A stretch of 64,000 bases of DNA from the human T2T-CHM13v2.0 reference genome, Homo sapiens, in assembly GCF_009914755.1 (NCBI RefSeq), contig NC_060945.1. One strand, given 5' to 3'. Under the pieces are notes generated by a model. That model was not told the DNA's origin and searched no databases. It saw nothing but the letters and a program-made list of their open reading frames with translations. A program made the translations under genes and the position numbers. Below are positions 61,024-64,000 of this stretch, one piece after another (position 1 is the first letter of the stretch; each line of letters starts with the position of its first letter).

Positions 61024-63689
61024 TGTATTATCTTTGCTAGGACTTTGTATTAGTCCATTTTCACACTGCTATAAACAACTGCCTAAGACTGGGTTATTTA
61101 TAAAGGAAAGAAGTTTAATTGACTCACAGTTCCACCTCGCTGGGGAGGCCTCAGGAAACTTACAATCATAGCAGAAGGTGAAGGGGAAGCAAGCACCTTC
61201 TTCACAAGGTAGCAGGGAACAGGTGTAGGGGACTGCCAAACACTTTTAAACCATCAGATCTAGTGAGAATTCATTCACTATCATGAAAATAGCATGGGGA
61301 AACTGCTCTTTGATTCAATCACCTCCCTCAACACAGAGGAATTACAATTTAAGATGAGATTTGGGTGGGGACACAGAGGAAATCCATATTATTCCACCAC
61401 TGGCCCCTCCAAAATCTCATGTCCTTTTCAATTTCAAAACCAATCATGCCTTCCCAACAGTTTCCCAAAGTCTTAACTCATTCCAGCATTAACCCAAAAG
61501 TCCAAGTCCAAAGTCTCATCTGAGACAAGGCAAGTCCCTTCCACACAGGAGCCTGTAAAATCAAAAGCAAGTTAGTTACTTCCAAGATGCAATGGGGGTA
61601 CAGTCATTCCTGTTCCAAATGCCAAAACAAAGGAGCCATAGGCCCCATGCATGTCCAAAACTCAGCAGGGCATTCATTCAATCTTGAAGCTTCAAAATAA
61701 TTTCCTTTGACTCCACGTCTCACATCCAGGGCATGCTGATACAAGAAGTGGGCTCCCAGAACCTTGGGTAGCTCCACCCCTGTGGCTCTGCAGGATACAA
61801 CCCCCACAGCTGCTTTCACGGGCTGGTGTTGAGTGCCTGTGGCTTTTCCAGGAGCACGGAGCAAGCTGTCAGTGGATCTACCTTTCTGGGGTCTGGAGGA
61901 TGGTGGCCCTCTTGTTATAGCTCCACTAGGCAGTGCCCCAGTGAGAACTCTGTATGGGGGCTCCAACCCCACATTTCCCCTCTACATTGCCCTAGTATAA
62001 GTTCTCCATGAGGGCTCTGCCTCTGCAGCAAACTTCTATCTGGACATCCAGGTGTTTCCACACATCCTCTGAAATCTAGGCAGAGGTTCCCAAAGCTCAA
62101 CCCTTGTCTTCTGTGCACCTGCAGGCCCAACACCACACGGAAGCTGCCAAGGCTTGGGGCTTGCACTCTGAAGCCACAGCCTGAGCTGTACCTTGGCCCC
62201 TTTTAGGCATGGCTGGAGCTGGAGAAGCTGGAATGCCGGTCACCATGTCCCAAGACTACACAGAGCAGCAGGGCCCTGGGCCTGGCCCATGCAATCATTT
62301 TTCCCTCCTCTCCTCTGGGCCTGTAATGGGAGAAGCTGCTGTGAAGATCTCTGACTTGCCCTGGAGACATTTTCCCCATTGTCCTGGCTCTTAACACTCA
62401 CCCTCTTGCTACTTATGGAAAATCCTGCAGCTGGATTGAATTTCTCCCCAGAAAGTGGGTTTTTCTTTTCTACCACATGGATAGGCTGCAAATTTGCCAA
62501 GCTTTTATGATCTGCTTCCCTTTTAAGCATAAATTCTGATTTCAGATCATCTCTACATGAACACATATGACTGTACGCATTCAGAAAAAGCCAGAATAAG
62601 CATCTTCAATGCTTTGCTGCTTAGAAATTTCTTCTGCCAGACACCCTAAATTACCTCTCTCAAGTTCAAAGTCCTACAGAACTCTAGGGCAGGGAAAAAT
62701 GCTGCCAGTCTCTTTGCTAAAGCATAGCAAGAGTGACCTTTATTCCAGCTTCTAACAACTTCCTCATCTCCATCTGAGACCTCCTCAGCCTGAATTTTAT
62801 TGTCCATATCACTATAATTTTGGTTAAAATCATTCAACAAGTATCTAGGAAGTTTCAACCTTTCCCACATCTTCCTGTCTTCTTCTGAGCCTTCCAAACT
62901 CTTCCAACCTCTGCCCGTTACCCAATTCCAAAGTCTCTTCTACATTTTCAAGTATCTTTATAGCAGTGCCTCAACTCCCAGCACCAATTTCCTATATTAG
63001 TCCATTTTCACACTGCTATAAAGAACTACCTGAAACTGGGAAATTTATGAAGGAAAGAGGCTTAACTGACTCACAGTTCTGCATGGTTAGGGAGGTCTCA
63101 GGAAACTTACAATCATGGTGGAAGGCAAAAGGGAAGCAAGCACCTTCTTCACAAGGCAACAGGAGAGAGTGGTGGGGGGAGCTGCCAAACACTTTTAAAC
63201 CATCAGATCTAGTGAGGACTCACTCACTAACATGAGAATCGCATGGGGAAAACTGCCACCATGATCCAATCACCTCCCACCGGGTCCCTCCCTCAACATG
63301 TGGGGATTACAATTCAAGATGAGATTTGAATGAAGATACAGAGCCAAACCATGTCAGGCTCCCATAACAAAACAGCACAGACTGAGTGGTTTAAACAAGA
63401 GAAATGTATTTTCTCACAGTTTTGGAAACTGGAAGTTCAAGATCAAGGTATTGGCAGGTTTGGTTTCTCCTCTGGCTTTTTTTTTTTTTTTTTTTTTTTT
63501 TGGCTTGCGGACAAGGCCTTTTCTCTGTTCAAGAACATCCCTGGTGTCCTATCATATTAGCCCCCCACCCTTACAGTCCCATTTAATCTTAATTGCCTCT
63601 TTAAAGGCTCTGTCTCCAAATACAATTCCACTGGGGGTTAGAACTTCAACATATGAATGTGGGGAAGAGACACAATTCAGTTCATAACA
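61024..63689 (-). mobile_element. MLT1 (MLT1A/B-like) LTR split by a THE1D provirus (own sequence 61024-61045 and 63357-63689)
   Basis: tgtattatctttgctagg...ccataacaaaacagcacagactg...cacaattcagttcataaca; TSD TTACC/TTGCC. Confidence 0.8.
61046..63356 (-). mobile_element. Full-length THE1D-like MaLR provirus (LTRs 61046-61391 and 62993-63356)
   Basis: Two similar LTRs (tattagtccattttcacactgctataaa) flank a ~1.6 kb internal region with MEGSEEDRKMWE. Confidence 0.92.
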
Positions 63690-63877
63690 TTGCCTGAGTT
63701 ACCAGCCTGACTCGTCTGCCCTGTGGATTTCTGACTCAAAACTGCAACATCAACTCTTACCTTAATCTTTAGGCTGCTGACACAGTCTACAAATATCAGA
63801 GTTGGCAGCCTCCATAATTACATGAGCCAATTCCTTAAAATAAATTCCTTTCTCCTCTCTCTCTCTGTCTCTCATTC

Positions 63878-63879
<2 letters not shown>

Positions 63880-63914
<35 letters not shown>

Positions 63915-64000
63915 TATATATGTAACAGGATATTATGTATATACAGATGTATATACACCTACATATATACACACATATATTATGTGTATATACACATATG
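63880..64000. repeat. (GT)n followed by a (TA/CA)-rich microsatellite
   Basis: Read directly. Confidence 0.95.

Larger units (their letters stand above)
60501..63875 (+). mobile_element. MLT2 (MLT2D/B-like) ERVL LTR, split by nested insertions (own sequence ~60501-60698 and 63690-63875)
   Basis: tgtgatgtttagttttatgt...catccaatcagttgaaggcc; resumes at ...ccataattacatgagccaattccttaaaataaa. Confidence 0.8.

Overview
Primate (most likely human) non-coding genomic DNA, AT-rich and mostly made of interspersed repeats: L1s of several ages, Alus, L2/MIR, MaLR/ERVL/ERV1 LTRs and MER33. No intact protein-coding gene is supported; nearly all ORF-track entries are L1, Alu or LTR fragments or chance ORFs. 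Three things stand out. (1) A lone, disabled CYP2C exon 1 with its TATA/HNF4-type promoter and intron-1 donor (58108-58271, minus strand) appears to have been carried here as a ~1.65 kb 3' transduction by an old L1PA15/16. The evidence is a downstream AATAAA, an A-tail, a degenerate TSD and resumption of the host L2. (2) A chimeric provirus has a HERV-L (MLT2A1) 5' LTR but a THE1A internal region and 3' LTR, all inside a single 5-bp TSD, with the switch at the primer-binding site. (3) A ~440 bp retrocopy of the extreme 3' end of the KRAS 3' UTR has a perfect 17-bp TSD. Repeat subfamily names and gene identities come from recalled consensus sequences, not from a database search.
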